From NCBI RefSeq assembly GCF_006345805.1, contig NC_043008.1, positions 67,332,001 to 67,396,000 on the forward strand: a stretch of 64,000 nucleotides of DNA. Direction: 5' to 3'. The notes below the pieces were generated by a model, which searched no databases, was not told where the DNA came from, and saw nothing but the letters and a program-made list of their open reading frames with translations. Each line of letters begins with the position of its first letter. Within the stretch, counting starts at the first letter, position 1. This document shows positions 12,789 to 25,995 of the stretch, piece after piece. The stretch comes from Octopus sinensis (taxonomy: Eukaryota). Both the position numbers and the translations under genes were made by a program.

Positions 12789-13380
12789 TGCATCAACATA
12801 TGTCGTATATAATGTTATGTATGTATGTGTGTGTGTGTGTGTGTGTGTGATACATTGTTGTCTCCCGTGTAGTATGTGTATATATTTATAAACAACACAC
12901 ACACATATCTGATGCATTTAATTTATGCTTGTGCTGCTGTATGTATAGAAGATGGGGTATTTATACAAATTGTGTACAGACTACTATATAAAAGTCTTTT
13001 GCTATACAGTAATTAAAATGTGTCAGCAAATAATTGCGTAAGTATTTGTTAGTGTAAATTGATGTGTATGTCTGTGTGTGTGCATGTAATGTGTTTGCAG
13101 GTGTTTCCTGTGTGGTAAGCTGGTTTTGTTTCACGTGTGAGAATAAGAGGAGGAGAAAAAAAACATGCCGTGATGAGGGCAAATAGTTTAATATATGGTA
13201 TATATAAAGAGGTATGACAAGTGCTATAATGACAATTAAGTACTGGAATAAATAATATAGTCTGGATACACAGAAAGAGACATCTATAACAATTTGCTTT
13301 TCGTCGATGTTCAGCTGAGTTTGTTGAACTCATCTTGTCATATGTAATAATGTGTATGTTTATATGCATACATACACATA

Positions 13381-13761
13381 GGCGTAGGAGTGGCTGTGTG
13401 GTAAGTAGCCTTGCTTACCAACCACATGGTTCCGGGTTCAGTCCCACTGCGTGGCACCTTGGGCAAGTGTCTTCTACTATAGCTTCAGGCCAACCAAAGT
13501 TTTGTGAGTGGATTTGGTAGACGGAAACTGAAAGAAGCCCGTCGTATATATATATATATGTATGTGTATGTGTTTGTCCCCCCAACATTGCTTGACAACC
13601 GATGCTGGTGTGTTTACGTCCCCGTAACTTAGTGGTTTGGCAAAAAAGACCAATACAATAAGTACTAGGCTTACAAAGAATAAGTCCTGGGGTTGATTTG
13701 CTCGACTAAAAGGTGGTGCTCCAGCATGGCCACCCTCAAATGACTGAAACAAGTAAAAGAG
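13381..13761 (+). mobile_element. SINE family A, representative copy. Others at about 13855-14190(-), 16870-17280(-), 21990-22385(+), 29060-29220(-), 33010-33420(-), 34153-34594(+), 35488-35770(+), 36180-36620(mixed), 43825-44120(+), 47680-48030(+), 48921-49280(+), 56661-57030(-), 63110-63320(+)
   Basis: Recurrent head GGCGTAGGAGTGGCTGTGTGGTAAG...GGTTCAGTCCC (degenerate pol III boxes), internal (TA/TG)n, and 3' part ...CTGGGGTCGATTTG...GAAACAAGTAAAAGAG. Confidence 0.85.
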
Positions 13762-14795
13762 TATATATACCCATGCATATATGTATGCATATATTCATAC
13801 ACATGCATGCGTACATACATATATACAGGCATACTTATATGTGTATTTGTATATTTTTTATCTTGTTTCAGTCATTAGACTGCAGCCATGCTGGAGCATC
13901 TCCTTTTAGTCAAATGTATTTACCCCAGTACTTATCTCTTTAAAGCCTCATTTGCTGAACCCATAAATTAAAGGGACATGAACACACCAGCACCTAACGT
14001 TAGGCAGTGGTGGAGGCAAACACACACACACACACACACGATGTACTTCTTTCAGTTCCTGTTGACCAGATCCACTCGCGAGGCTTTGATCAACCCAAGG
14101 CTAAAGTAGAAAACACTTGCCCAAGGTGCCAAGCAGTGGGGCTGATCCATCTGGTTGGGAAGCAAGCTTCTTATCTCACAACCATGTATAATTTTCTTTT
14201 TATTAGGAACATCTTTACAACTAAAATTAAAGGATTGTACTTGTAAGTGTATGTTAAATAATAACCATATTTTAACGTTAGTGTGTGTGTGTGTGTAAAA
14301 CACATAAGGCCATTGTGTGTATTTGTGTGTGTGTGTGTGTTTTTTTTTTTTTTAATTTTAACATTTATGCTTCCCTGAAAATCACTGAGCTAGAAGCAGT
14401 GATGCTGATGCTATTTCTCTCATTAACGAATCATCTGTAGGCACTACTTTTGAAGACCTGTGGATTAAGAGATCCCTTTCCTGAAAAATGAATAAATAGT
14501 TAGCAACAGGAAGTATATCTGGCTGCAAGGCAATATGTCATTAATGTATCTGTAAAACCCATCTGCGCATGGAAACGATACAGTGGTTTTAAAAATGAAT
14601 GAATATCTGTACATAAACACACACACACATAGCTGTGTGGTTAAGAAGCTTGCTTTGCATCCATATGGTTTCAGGTTCAGTCCCACTGCATGGTGCCTTG
14701 GGCAAGTGTCTTGTGCTATTATCCCATGGTGCATGAATTTGGTTGACAGAAACTATATGGAAGCCCATTGTGTGTGTGTGTATATATATATATAG

Positions 14796-15128
14796 GCACA
14801 TGGCTCAGTGGTTAGAGCGTCAAGCTTATGATCGTGAGGTTCTGAGCTCAAATCCTGGACCGGGCTGCGTGTTGTGTTCTTGAGCAAGACAGTTTATTTC
14901 ATGTTGCTCCAGTTCACTCAGCTGTAGAAATGAGTTGCGACATCACAGGTGCCAAGCTGTATCGGCCCTTGCCTGTCCCTTGGATAACACTGGTAGCGTA
15001 GAGAGAGGAGGCTGGTATGCATGGGTGACTTCTGGTCTTCCGTAAACAACCTTGCCCGGACTTGTGCCTGGAAGGGTAACTTTCTAGGTGCAATCCCATG
15101 GTCAGTGTCGTGACCGAAGGGGGCCTCA
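14796..15128 (+). mobile_element. tRNA-derived SINE (further family)
   Basis: A box TGGCTCAGTGG and degenerate B box GAGCTCAAATCC, then the core-like GTGTTGTGTTCTTGAGCAAGAC..CTCAGCTGTAGAAATG. Confidence 0.7.
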
Positions 15129-15129
15129 G

Positions 15130-15163
<34 letters not shown>

Positions 15164-15734
15164 TTGTAACTTAGCAGTTCAGCAAAAGAAACTGACTTTA
15201 AAACAAGATATACTCCTCCACATACATATACATACAAGTATGTGTGTGTCCTTAACTTGGCATCATGTGATTGTTGTAAATAAGCATTACTGCAGTGCAG
15301 TCTTCCGAGAAAAACATGTCCAACCATCAAGAAATATTATACATCACTTGGAAATAGGAGAGTCAGTGATAGATAGGACATCAGGCCATAGAAAGGTTGG
15401 CCTCAACAATTTCTGTTTTACCAGTGCAAGCATAGAAAAGTGGATGCTGAAGTAATGCATATTATGATGATTATTTATGTGTGTCTGTAGCTGTAAATTC
15501 TTTCCATTAGCTAACCATTCTACAGACCACACCCTGTTATATACCAATGTATAGTGACTACAGCCTATTGTAATCATAAGCTATGTTGTCAGTGAATTAC
15601 TTTCTTCAGCCAACAATTATTGTGAGCACTTTATAGTAATTGCTGTTGTTAATACTTGTGTGTAACCTATTGGTCTTTCTTGATAGATTACATACGCTTT
15701 CTCTAATTTCGTCGCTTCTGACATCACACTTTAA

Positions 15735-16261
15735 CCCTTTAGTATTTAAACCAGCCATATTCCTGTGCCAGTGGTGCATAAAAAACACCCTTTGAACTTT
15801 GGGTCCCGTGGTGGCAGTGACAAGTATCTGAGACCTTTGGCGATATACTGTGCTTGAGAAGACCTGTCAAGCCAAGTGAGATTGTAGTAGTGGCCAGTAT
15901 TGATCTTTTGTAATTGGCACCTGTGCCAGTGGTACTTAAAAAGCACCCACTACACTCATGGAGTGATTGGTGTTAAGAAAGGCATCCAGCTGTAAAAACA
16001 ATGCCAAATCAGACTGGAACCAGGTGCAGCTCCCCAGTTTACCAGTTTTCACTCACTACCTAACCCATGCCAGCATGGAAAACGAACTTAAATGATGATG
16101 ATATCAGGCCCAAATATTCTACCTGTGTTATGCTCAGACTGGCCAAATTCAGCCACTCACACCTACCCTACACAATGACATTCTAAAAATAAGCAATCAC
16201 ATTATCAAAATCTTGAAATAATAAGCATTATATTTGACAGAGTAATTTGAATCCTGAAGGG
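15735..16261 (+). mobile_element. piggyBac-type MITE interrupted by a (GAT)n-tailed SINE (about 15762-16103)
   Basis: TTAACCCTTTAG start. The MITE sequence resumes at ATCAGGCCCAAATATT after the GATGATGAT tail. Right end GAAGGG-CTAA. Confidence 0.65.
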
Positions 16262-19200
16262 CTAAGACTCATAAACACTTGTTTAAACTAAACTGTGAAT
16301 ACATTTTTAAAAAATAAATTAGTTGGAGAAAGACAAAACTATAACAGTAATATTAAATTATTTTTTTTAGTGATAAAATGGACTTTTATTTAGCAATGTA
16401 TTTTTACGTAAGAAAAGAAAGAAAGAAAAATTAAAAGCATGAAAGATTAAACTACCAAGAGATTCCCCACCCTCACCCTGAATTACTTCAGCAAACAAAA
16501 AGAAAAAACAGAAGGGTTAAGCCACAAAAGATGGGTGGTGGTGGAGGCAGTTGCTAGCAACTTTCGAATAGGAGGGGAGATAATTTAAAGACATTAAGAA
16601 GTAATCTCAAAGTTCATTCACTTCTGAAAAAATTTGGTCTTTGTTTGCAGGAATGGAGACAGCTGGAGATATGTTTTGGTCTATTAATATTTGACACATG
16701 TATGTTATGACAGTATTGCATGCTAGATCTAGTTTATGTGTGCACACACACACACACGTGTGTGTGTGTAAATATATGTGTACATATGTATAATTATCAT
16801 CATCGTTTAATGTCTGCTTTGATGATGATACATGCATATACACACATGTATGTATACACATATACATACTCTTTACTCTTTTACTTGTTTCAGTCATTTG
16901 ACTGTGGCCATGCTGGAGCACCTCCTTTAGTTGAGCAAATCGACCCCAGGACTTATTCTTTGTAAGTCTTGTACTTATACAATCGGTCTCTTTTGCTGAA
17001 CCGCTAAGTTAGGGGGATGTAAGCACACCAGCATCGGTTGTTGTCAAGCAATGTTGGGAGGACAAACAGACACAAAAACTTATACACACACATACATATA
17101 TATACATATATACGATGGGCTTCTTTCAGTTTCCATCTACCAAATCCACTCACAAGGCTTTGGTTGACCTGAGGCCACTGTAGAAGACACTTGTCCAAAG
17201 TGCCACACAGTGGGACTGAACCCGGAACCATGTGGGTTTTAAGCAAGCTACTTACCACACAGCCACTCCTATGCCTATGTAATGTATATATATGTGTATG
17301 TATACATATATATATGTGTATATACGTACATATATGTAATGTATATATATGTATATAATGTGTGTGTGTGTGAATATATGTATGCATATGAATATGTATG
17401 GATAAGGCAATTAGTAGTGTTCTTTTGTCACTCTGCCTGCTACAAATAGCACTCAAAAGTCCATATGCATTACTTTTTTTTTTAAGGTAAATACAAGCTT
17501 AATAAATATATCATTAGACATACTATCAGAACCAGCCTTAATTCACAAATGCCTACAGCTTGATAACATGTACCATGCTTTTGTTGTTTTTTAGGATCCT
17601 GTGTAGTCATGCAAAGTTAGATTCCCTTCCATTTCTCCCACCATTTGACCAAGTGGCACACACAGGCCATAACAATTGGTGGAAGGTGGGGGACAGTGAG
17701 AGAATGCTGCAACAGCACTCAACTAGTACTCATTTTCACCTGCTTAAACTGGAGCAATGTGAAACAAAGTCCTTTGATCAAGGATTCAACACTTGGTTCA
17801 GGAGTTGAACCCACAACTCCCATGAGTGCAAATTGAACACCCTAACTAGGCCACATGCCTTTATATAACATAGTAAGGCTGGAAAAAAAAATGAAATGAT
17901 CACTGCTGAAATGCTTTTGACTCTTTGACCTGCTTAATTACAACTGGTCTGAAAGCTCTTTTGGCTTTTTCCTCTGCCATTTACACATCATAGCTATTGG
18001 CAGTATCTCTGTGAAGATTGTCAAAGAGCTTAAACCTTTCAGACCCTCCCCTTTCTAGCAGCTGTGATATAGGACTAATGTGCATGGCACTGTTGTAGAC
18101 ATTAATATGTAGCAAGATGTAAGATGCCCATCTGTGTGTATTGGACATCTATCTGTATGTATAGGACATCCTTGTGTGTGTGTATCTGTCCATCTGTGTG
18201 TGTGTATAGTGTGTTCATCTGTGGACATGTAAATGTGGTAGACCTAATCTGTCACCTTGTCTGACCCAACCATCTGGCCCTTTGGTTGTCTTTGGCAGAT
18301 TACTCTATTGTAGGTATACAGGCTGGGTACATAGTTTAAGGAAAACATCCTACCAGTATCAGGAGCCCTAAAACGGATCACAAGCACTGTCATTCCTCCT
18401 GAATAAATGGTAAAAAAAAATGCGATCTGTGTGTTGTGTGTGTGTTCATCTATGAGTGTAGTGTGTCCTTATCTGTATGTGTTTGTTAGTCTACCCATCT
18501 GTGTGTGAACGGTCTGTGTTTGTTGAGCACAGTAGAGGAGGAAGTAAGCTCCAGTTTAATAGGGCTTGTGTCAAAATTTTGTTGTTCTTTTTTTATATTC
18601 TTGAAAAATCTTCTGTTGTAGTTATTTCACAATACTTCACTCCAATTCACTTCACACAATTTGGCTAAGGCCACTCTTGGAAATGCAAGAACATAACTTC
18701 CATTTCTGAATTTTGCTGAAATCTATAGGGCTGATCATCTAATCATCAGGGGTTCCGATCAAGAAACTCCCACTAATTTATTATTCCTTGGGGTCTTTTT
18801 TTTTTCCTTTGTTTTGTTTTTCTATTTGTTCCACTGTGCAGTAGAAAAAAATAAACAATATTTTTTATTTAAAATATATGCACACCATGCAACATGTATA
18901 GTGTATATTTATATATGTGTACATGCACAACATATATATATATATATATATATACATACAGAGAGAGAGAGAGTAAAATAATAAAAAGAAAGTTCTTGTT
19001 ACAGTATTATATATTTGAGAAAATGAGAAGAGATGGCTTTTTTGTGGGAATAATTTTAATAATAATGTTTACAGTGAGTTACTCTCTTTATGAGTTTCAG
19101 TATGTTTTACTGGTTGCTTAAGTAGCAAAAAATTTAGATAGTAAAAATACAAAAGCATTTGTGTATAAGAAGAAGAAAGAAAGAAAAAGGAAAGGGGAAA

Positions 19201-19532
19201 ATGAAATAAAGCTGAAAGTAAAAGTAAATATGAAAATAGTAATTAAGAACATAGGGGGAGGAAGAGTTAAGTATAGAGAGAATAAAGAAATGGAATACTT
19301 TGGAGTGGTCAGTATTACTGACCTGTCAGAAGATGACCAGTGGGATGTCTGCTGATTTCAGGTAACCTTTTCATTCAGTTTTCATAGTTGGTATGATGTA
19401 CACACATACATATACACATTTTCATGCATATACACACATATATGTATATTTATATACATACACACACACACATACTCATACATACACATATATACACACA
19501 TACATATACACACATCCATATGCACACCCACA

Positions 19533-19576
<44 letters not shown>

Positions 19577-19892
19577 CACACACATATACATGTGTGGAGG
19601 CGCAATGGCCCAGTAGTTAGGGCAGTGGACTCGCGGTTTCGATTCCCAGACTGGGCTTTGTGAGTGTTTATTGAGTGAACACACCTAAAACTCCACGAGG
19701 CTCCGGCAGGGGGTGGTGGTGATCCCTGCTGTACTCTTTTGCCACAACTTTCATTCTTTCTTCTGTTAGCCTGCTCGCTTAGCATGCGGGATGGCATCAT
19801 TTGAAGGTTAAAGCAATGCAAAGCGCATTGTGACCAGCAATGTGTAGCAACATCTGATAGCCTGGTTGGTCATGGTGATATATATATATACA

Positions 19893-19935
<43 letters not shown>

Positions 19936-20594
19936 GTTGAAATTTACAGAGAAACAAAAAACGAAGACAGGTGTATAAACAACAAGCAGGTATATTAGTT
20001 TGATGCTCGGGAAGGTTAGAAAGTCTTTTACATTTTGAGCATATGCTCTTCAACAGAAAGGAATATGAGGAAATAAACAGAGAGAATAAAAAAACTTGTG
20101 GGTGTATGTATATGTGTGCATGTATATATATATATATATATACACATACACACAAAAATACAACAAATATATGTATATACATACATATATACACACATAT
20201 ACACTCCCACACACATACATTCATACAAGCATATATGCATTTATATATATACACACACACATATATACACTCATATATATACATGCATATATATATAATA
20301 CGCATACAAATGCATGCATGCATATACACACATATCTACACGTCTACACCACATATAGCCACACACACCTACATACACACATACATGTGTATATGTATAT
20401 ATACATACACACATCTTCTTCACATGCTTTTTGTATTTTCATAATATATTTTACTATTTTAAGGGCTATTTGAAGCTTGAAACTCATAAACAGAATAACT
20501 TGCTGTAAACATTATTATTAAAATAAAAATTATCTCCACAAAAATGCCATCTCTACTCATTTTTTCAAATATATACACATCCACACTTATATAT

Positions 20595-21960
20595 TCATGT
20601 TTCCCTGAAAATAAGACGGCTTATATTAATTTTCACTCCAAAAGACGCACTAGTGGTTATTTTCAATGGAGCTCATATTTTTTCATGTACAGTAAAACAA
20701 CATTGCAAAAGGAAAAATTACAAATTGACGAAAAAGGATTTATTACAACAGAAATTTATTTAACTGAAATTATGAAAAACGATCTATATTTACTTAATGA
20801 TTTACATGTTCTTCTACTCTGAAACTCATTAACAACAATTTATTCAAAAACAGTCATGTCATCATCTTCTGGAATGTTGTTCTGCAAATCATCAGATTCC
20901 AAAATTCCTGTGGAGTTTTTGTGTGACTCTATTTTCTGCAGAACTTTCATCCCCAATCTCTCGAGCAATTGCAGTCTCATTGAATGAGAAGTTCTTGTCC
21001 AGGCAGCCTGCTTGTAGTGCATTGGCGACACAGCTGTCTGTGATTTTATTCTATGAATTTGTCACCCAAGTCATAATCTCTTGCAGGCTGGGTTTCACAG
21101 AATTCCCACACTGATTACTCACCATTCTGTTTTCAATGTAGTCATTGATTTCCATGCATAAATGGTCTTTGAATGGTTTATTTAATGCAATGTCAAGAGT
21201 CAGTCATGTGGGAATCATGATTTGATCTATTCTTTCTGAAAGGAAGATCTTCATGTCTTTTGCTCAGTGCATGCTGGCTGAATTCCAGACTATCAGACTG
21301 CACTGGCCTTCTTGCAAAATAAATGGGAGCGTGAAATTGATCCACTTTCTTAAAACTGCTTGTGTGCACCATGCCTTTTCAGTTTCCAGAACCTGAAACG
21401 CACTCAATTTTATCCTTCCTGACTTTAGTGCTGATTAGAGGTGGGGCTTTACTTCCATCAAGACGAATTGCCAAAATACATGTAACTTGTGCACTTTCAT
21501 AACTAATGGTGGGAATGTAAATTGACAACACACCCCTTTGATCAATTGTCGATTGAAATCCTTGGTCCATGAACACTGCAGTTTCATCCATAGCAATCAT
21601 GTTGGAGAGACACTATTTAGAAAAGTCTATCCCATCAACAAAGGACTTAAATGCAAGTGCACGTTTAATAATCTCTGTATCTTCCAGTTTGAACAGTTGT
21701 CAGCCTTCTCAGAGAAAGTTCATGTCGCTGAAGGAAACCGTCCCGCCAGTGTTGTGATGCTTTGAAATATACCAAACTGTGGTTTGGATATATACCAAAC
21801 TGTGGTGCATTTGCAAGAGCAAATGCTTGTATATCAGCCCCAAAACTGCTGGTCTTGTGCCAAAATTTGAAACCAATAAATGTTTTTGTTTCATTTTTCA
21901 AATTAGTCTCAGAGGAACTACCTTTGGAACAAGATTCTTTCATTGGAATTTAAACATCAG
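20595..21960 (-). mobile_element. Decayed pogo/Tigger-type DNA transposon (CENP-B HTH plus DDE_1 transposase fragments)
   Basis: ORF fragments FKASQHWRDGFLQRHELSLRRLTT (21665-21943) and IAMDETAVFMD...VTCILAIRLDGSKAPPLI (21379-21600). TIR-like CATGTTTCCCTGAAAATAAGAC at about 20596. Confidence 0.85.
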
Positions 21961-23528
21961 CTTGGTGGTCATGTATATATTTTGTATGTATGGTGTGGCT
22001 GAGTGGTAAAAAGCTTGCTTCCCAACTACAAGGTTCTGAGTTCAGTCCCACTGTGTGGCACCTTGAGCAAGTGTCTTCTATAAACTCAGGTCAACCAAAG
22101 CCTTGTGAGTGGATTTGGTAGACAGAAACAGAAAGAAGCCTTTCGTGTATATATATATATATATATCTGTGTGTCTGTGTTTGTCCCCCATCACTGCTCA
22201 ACAACCAGTTCTGGTGTGTTTACATCCCTGTAACTTAGCAGTTCAGCAAAAGAGACTAATAGAATAAGTACTAGGCTTAAGAAATAAGTCCTGGTGTCGG
22301 TTTGTTCAATTAAAAACCCTTGAAGCCAGTATTTCAGCATAGCTGCAGTCAAATGATTGAAACAAGTAAAAGAATAAAAGAATATATACACATGTCTGTG
22401 TGTGTATAAAATTTTGTATGTATCTGACCACTCTAAAACACTTCAGCATCAATTCATCAATTCAGAGCCAAAGGAGAGTCTTACTATTGAGAGATCCACT
22501 GATGAAACCTTATAAGTAAAGGTACCATTGTGTTTGAGTAGACTCACCAAATGTGCTGGGCAAAAGTGGGAGCTAAGACAGTCCAGAGTTGCCAACACCT
22601 GGGTGGTGGGGAGACAAACAGACTTGTCCACTCCTTGAAATGTTCATGAGCAATGTCATGAACGAATGTGGACGAACAAGTTGTTTAAATATGTGTATCA
22701 ATTCAGTCAGCAAAAGTCTAAAGCTCATAGTAAACTTTGGAAGCAATTTTCTTTTTGAGGAGAGGACAAGTTGCTGCTTTATTTTTATTCAAGTTTAGAT
22801 ATTGAGTACCAAATTATTGAAATTATCATTCCACTGAGGTCGACTTTGCCTTTCATCCTTTTGAAGTTGATAAAATAAGTACCAGTTGAACACTGGGGTC
22901 GATGTAATTAACTCATCTCCTCCCCCAAAACTGTTGCCCTTGTGGCAAAATTTGAAACCATTATTATTATTACTGCTAAGGTGGAGGTATTGTTTGCATT
23001 TGTGTTTTGTTTGTTTGTCCATGGACAAGCTATCTCAAGAACCACAGAATGGATTCAGATGAAATTTCAGGGATGTTTGGCCTCGTGACTGGCACGAACT
23101 GATTAGATTTTGGGATCGATCTGGTCCCAGACAAGGATTCTGGATTATTTTTCCTGTTTTTTTTTTTACTTAATTTTTGAGAGCAGTCTGGTTCATTTTT
23201 AGTATTCACGTTTGTGAGAGCAGTCAAGTCTATTTCAGATATTCTCATTTAAAAAAAAATCATCTCTGGCTAATCATTGAGGACGTTGATGTTGCTTTGG
23301 CAGAGGTTTGCACTCTCAGAGTGCTCTTGTTATTAATATTATTAAGGCAGCGAACTGGCAGAATACTTCGCATGCTGGAGTAAATGCTTACTTCAGATTC
23401 TGCCAAGGTTGACTTTGTCTTTCATTTTTTCGGAGTTGATAAAATAAATACCAGTTAAGTATTGAGGTCAATGCAATCAACTATCCCCCTCCCACAAAAT
23501 TTCAGGCCTTGTGCCTATAGTAGAAAGG

Positions 23529-23572
<44 letters not shown>

Positions 23573-24105
23573 TTGTTTAACATCTGCTTTCCATGCTAGC
23601 ATGGGATGGACAATTTGACTGAGGATTGGTGAACCAGATGGCTGCACCAGGCTCAATCTGATCTGGCAGTTTCTACAGCTGGATGCCCTTCCTAACGTCA
23701 ACCACTCCAAGAGTGTAGTGGGTGCTTTCACGTGCCACCAGCACAAGGGCCAGTCAGGTGTCACTGGCAGTTGTCACAATCAAATGGTGTTTTTTACATG
23801 CCATCTGCACAGGAGCCAATCCAGCGGCACTGGCAACAATCTTGCTTGAATGCCTTTTCACATGCCACCGGCACAGTGGCTAGCTGGCAAAACTGTTAGA
23901 ATGTCAGGCAAAATGCTTAGCAGCATTTCGTTCGTTTTTACATTCTGGAGTCATATTCCACCTAGGTCAACTTTACCTGTCATCTTTTCAGGGATAATAA
24001 AATAAGTACCAATTGACTACTACTGGGGTCAATATATAATCGACTTACCCACAAACTTTATGGCCTTGTGCCATAATTTGAAACCATAATACCATTATTA
24101 TCATT

Positions 24106-24488
24106 ACTAGCAGTATCACCCGGCATTGCTCGGGTTTGTTTCGACCCTTTGGAATTGGAATTTTTGAGAAGTAAAAATTTTGCATTATGTAGCTTGTTAT
24201 TCTCTTTAAACATTTTTCTGGTTGAAATACACTGAAAAATGTAGTAAAAAAATCATAAAAAATAGGGATTTTCATAGAAAAAAAAGCACCTTTTTGATGT
24301 AAATAATTTTTGGTCTTAACATGGTCCGATTTGAATTTTATCTTCTACGGAATGAAGAGCAAGCCTTCTTCTATCATACTTTCAATTTTGGTCAACTTGT
24401 GCCACAGGATCTCGGAGGAGATAGTGTTAGTTGAAGGCTACCAAACCTGCCACACACAGACAACTTCAGCTTTATATATATGGATAGA
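24106..24488 (+). mobile_element. Non-autonomous Helentron/DINE-1-like element. Similar elements at about 3900-4340 and 22965-23330
   Basis: Starts ACTAG with the small hairpin CCCGGCATTGCTCGGG. Ends ACAGACAACTTCAGCTTTATATATAT-GAT. No TSD seen. The class assignment rests on remembered terminal patterns. Confidence 0.5.
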
Positions 24489-24898
24489 TGGAAGCACTCC
24501 ATCGGTTACGACGATGAGGGTTCCAGTTGATCTGAATCAACGGAACAGCCTGCTCGTGAAATTAACGTGTAAGTGGCTGAGCACTCCACAGACACGTGTA
24601 CCCTTAACGTAGTTCTCGGGGATATTCAGCGTGACACAGAGAGTGACAAGGCCGGCCCTTTGAAATACAGGTACAACAGAAACAGGAAGTAAGAGTGAGA
24701 GAAAGTTGTGGTGAAAGAGTACAGCAGGGATCACCACCATCCCCTGCCGGAGCCTCGTGGAGCTTTTAGGTGTTTTCGCTCAATAAACACTCACAACGCC
24801 CGGTCTGGGAATCAAAACCGCGATCCTATGGCTGCGAGTCCGCTGCCCTAACCACTGGGCCATTGCGCCTCCACTTTATATATATAGATTAGTGTTAT

Positions 24899-25995
24899 TA
24901 AGGTGGCAAGCTGCCAGAATCATTAGCAAATGGGACAAAATGCTTGGCAGCATTTCTTGTGTTTCTTTACATTCTGAGTTTAAATCCTGCCATGGAAAAC
25001 TTTGTCTTTCATCATTTCAGGGTCGATAAAATAAATTCCAGTTGATGTAATCAGTTAGTCCCTTCAACCAAAATTTCAGGGCTTGGGCCTTTAGTAGAAA
25101 AAATTATTATTAAAGACGAGCTGACAAATTCCTTAGAGCATCAGACAAAATCTTAGCAGCATTTCTTGTAGTTCAAATCCAGTTGAAGCCAACTTTTCCT
25201 TTCATCCTTTTGGGGGTCAATAAAATAAAGTACCAGTTAAGTACTGGGACCAATGTAATCAACATACCCACTCCTCTCAAAATTACTAGCCTTATATTAA
25301 AATTTGAAACACTTATTATTATTATTATTATTATTAAAATTTTGGCGAGCTAGCAGAATTGTTAGCATGTTGGATGAAATGTTTTGTGGTATTTCGCCAT
25401 TGCTACATTCTGAGTTCAAATTCTGCCAAAGTCAACTTTGCCCTTCATTCTTTTAGGGTTGATAGATTACCAGTAAAACACCGGGGTCGATGAAATTGAC
25501 TAGTCCCCACCCCCAAATTTCAAGCCTTGTGCCTATAGCAGAAAGCATTATTATTAAAAAGGCAGTGAGCTGGCAGAATTGTTAGCATGCTGGATGAAAT
25601 TCTTAGCGGTATTTTGCTCATCGCTACATTCTGAGTTCAAATTTTGCTGAGGTTGACTTTGTCTTTTATCCTTTCAGGGTCGATAAATTAAGTACCAATG
25701 AAACACTAGAGTCGGTGTAATTGACCAATCTCCTCCCAACAAACTTCAGGACTTGTGTCTTTAGTAGAAAGGATTATTATTATTATCAATAAGGAGGTGA
25801 GCTGGCAAAGTAGATGGAAAAAGTGCTTTGCAGTGTTTCTTCTAAACCATTATATTCTGAGTGCAAATTCTGTCAAGTCTACTTTTGGGGTCAATGAAAT
25901 AAGTTCCTGTCAAGAACTGGAATTGATGTATTTGATTTACCCCTTGCTTCCAAAATTGCTGGCCTTGTACCAAAATTTGAAACCTCTATTATTAT
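24899..25995 (+). mobile_element. Five head-to-tail SINE family C units. Other copies at about 2128-2350, 7335-7510, 8470-8690, 23340-23530, 39390-39620(-), 50600-51280(-, three units), 62047-62150
   Basis: Repeated head AAGG(C/T)GGCGAGCTGGCAGAAT..GAGTTCAAAT, core AGTACCAGT..CTGGGGTCGATG, and tail ..AAAGG(ATT)n. Unit starts at about 24899, 25111, 25335, 25556 and 25790. Confidence 0.8.

Noticed and set aside
9223-12891. Dozens of ORFs rich in YI/CV/HT dipeptides (also near 19400-20470, 40900-41430, 48100-48400, 56120-56740)
   Set aside because: Translations of TA/TG microsatellites, which lack stops by chance.
22495-22530. CTGATGA-A-ACCTT..AAGGT hammerhead half
   Set aside because: The GAAA box and stem III are absent.
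24899-25995. CRISPR-like array
   Set aside because: Eukaryotic DNA. The units are diverged SINEs of about 220 bp with no repeat-spacer structure or cas genes.
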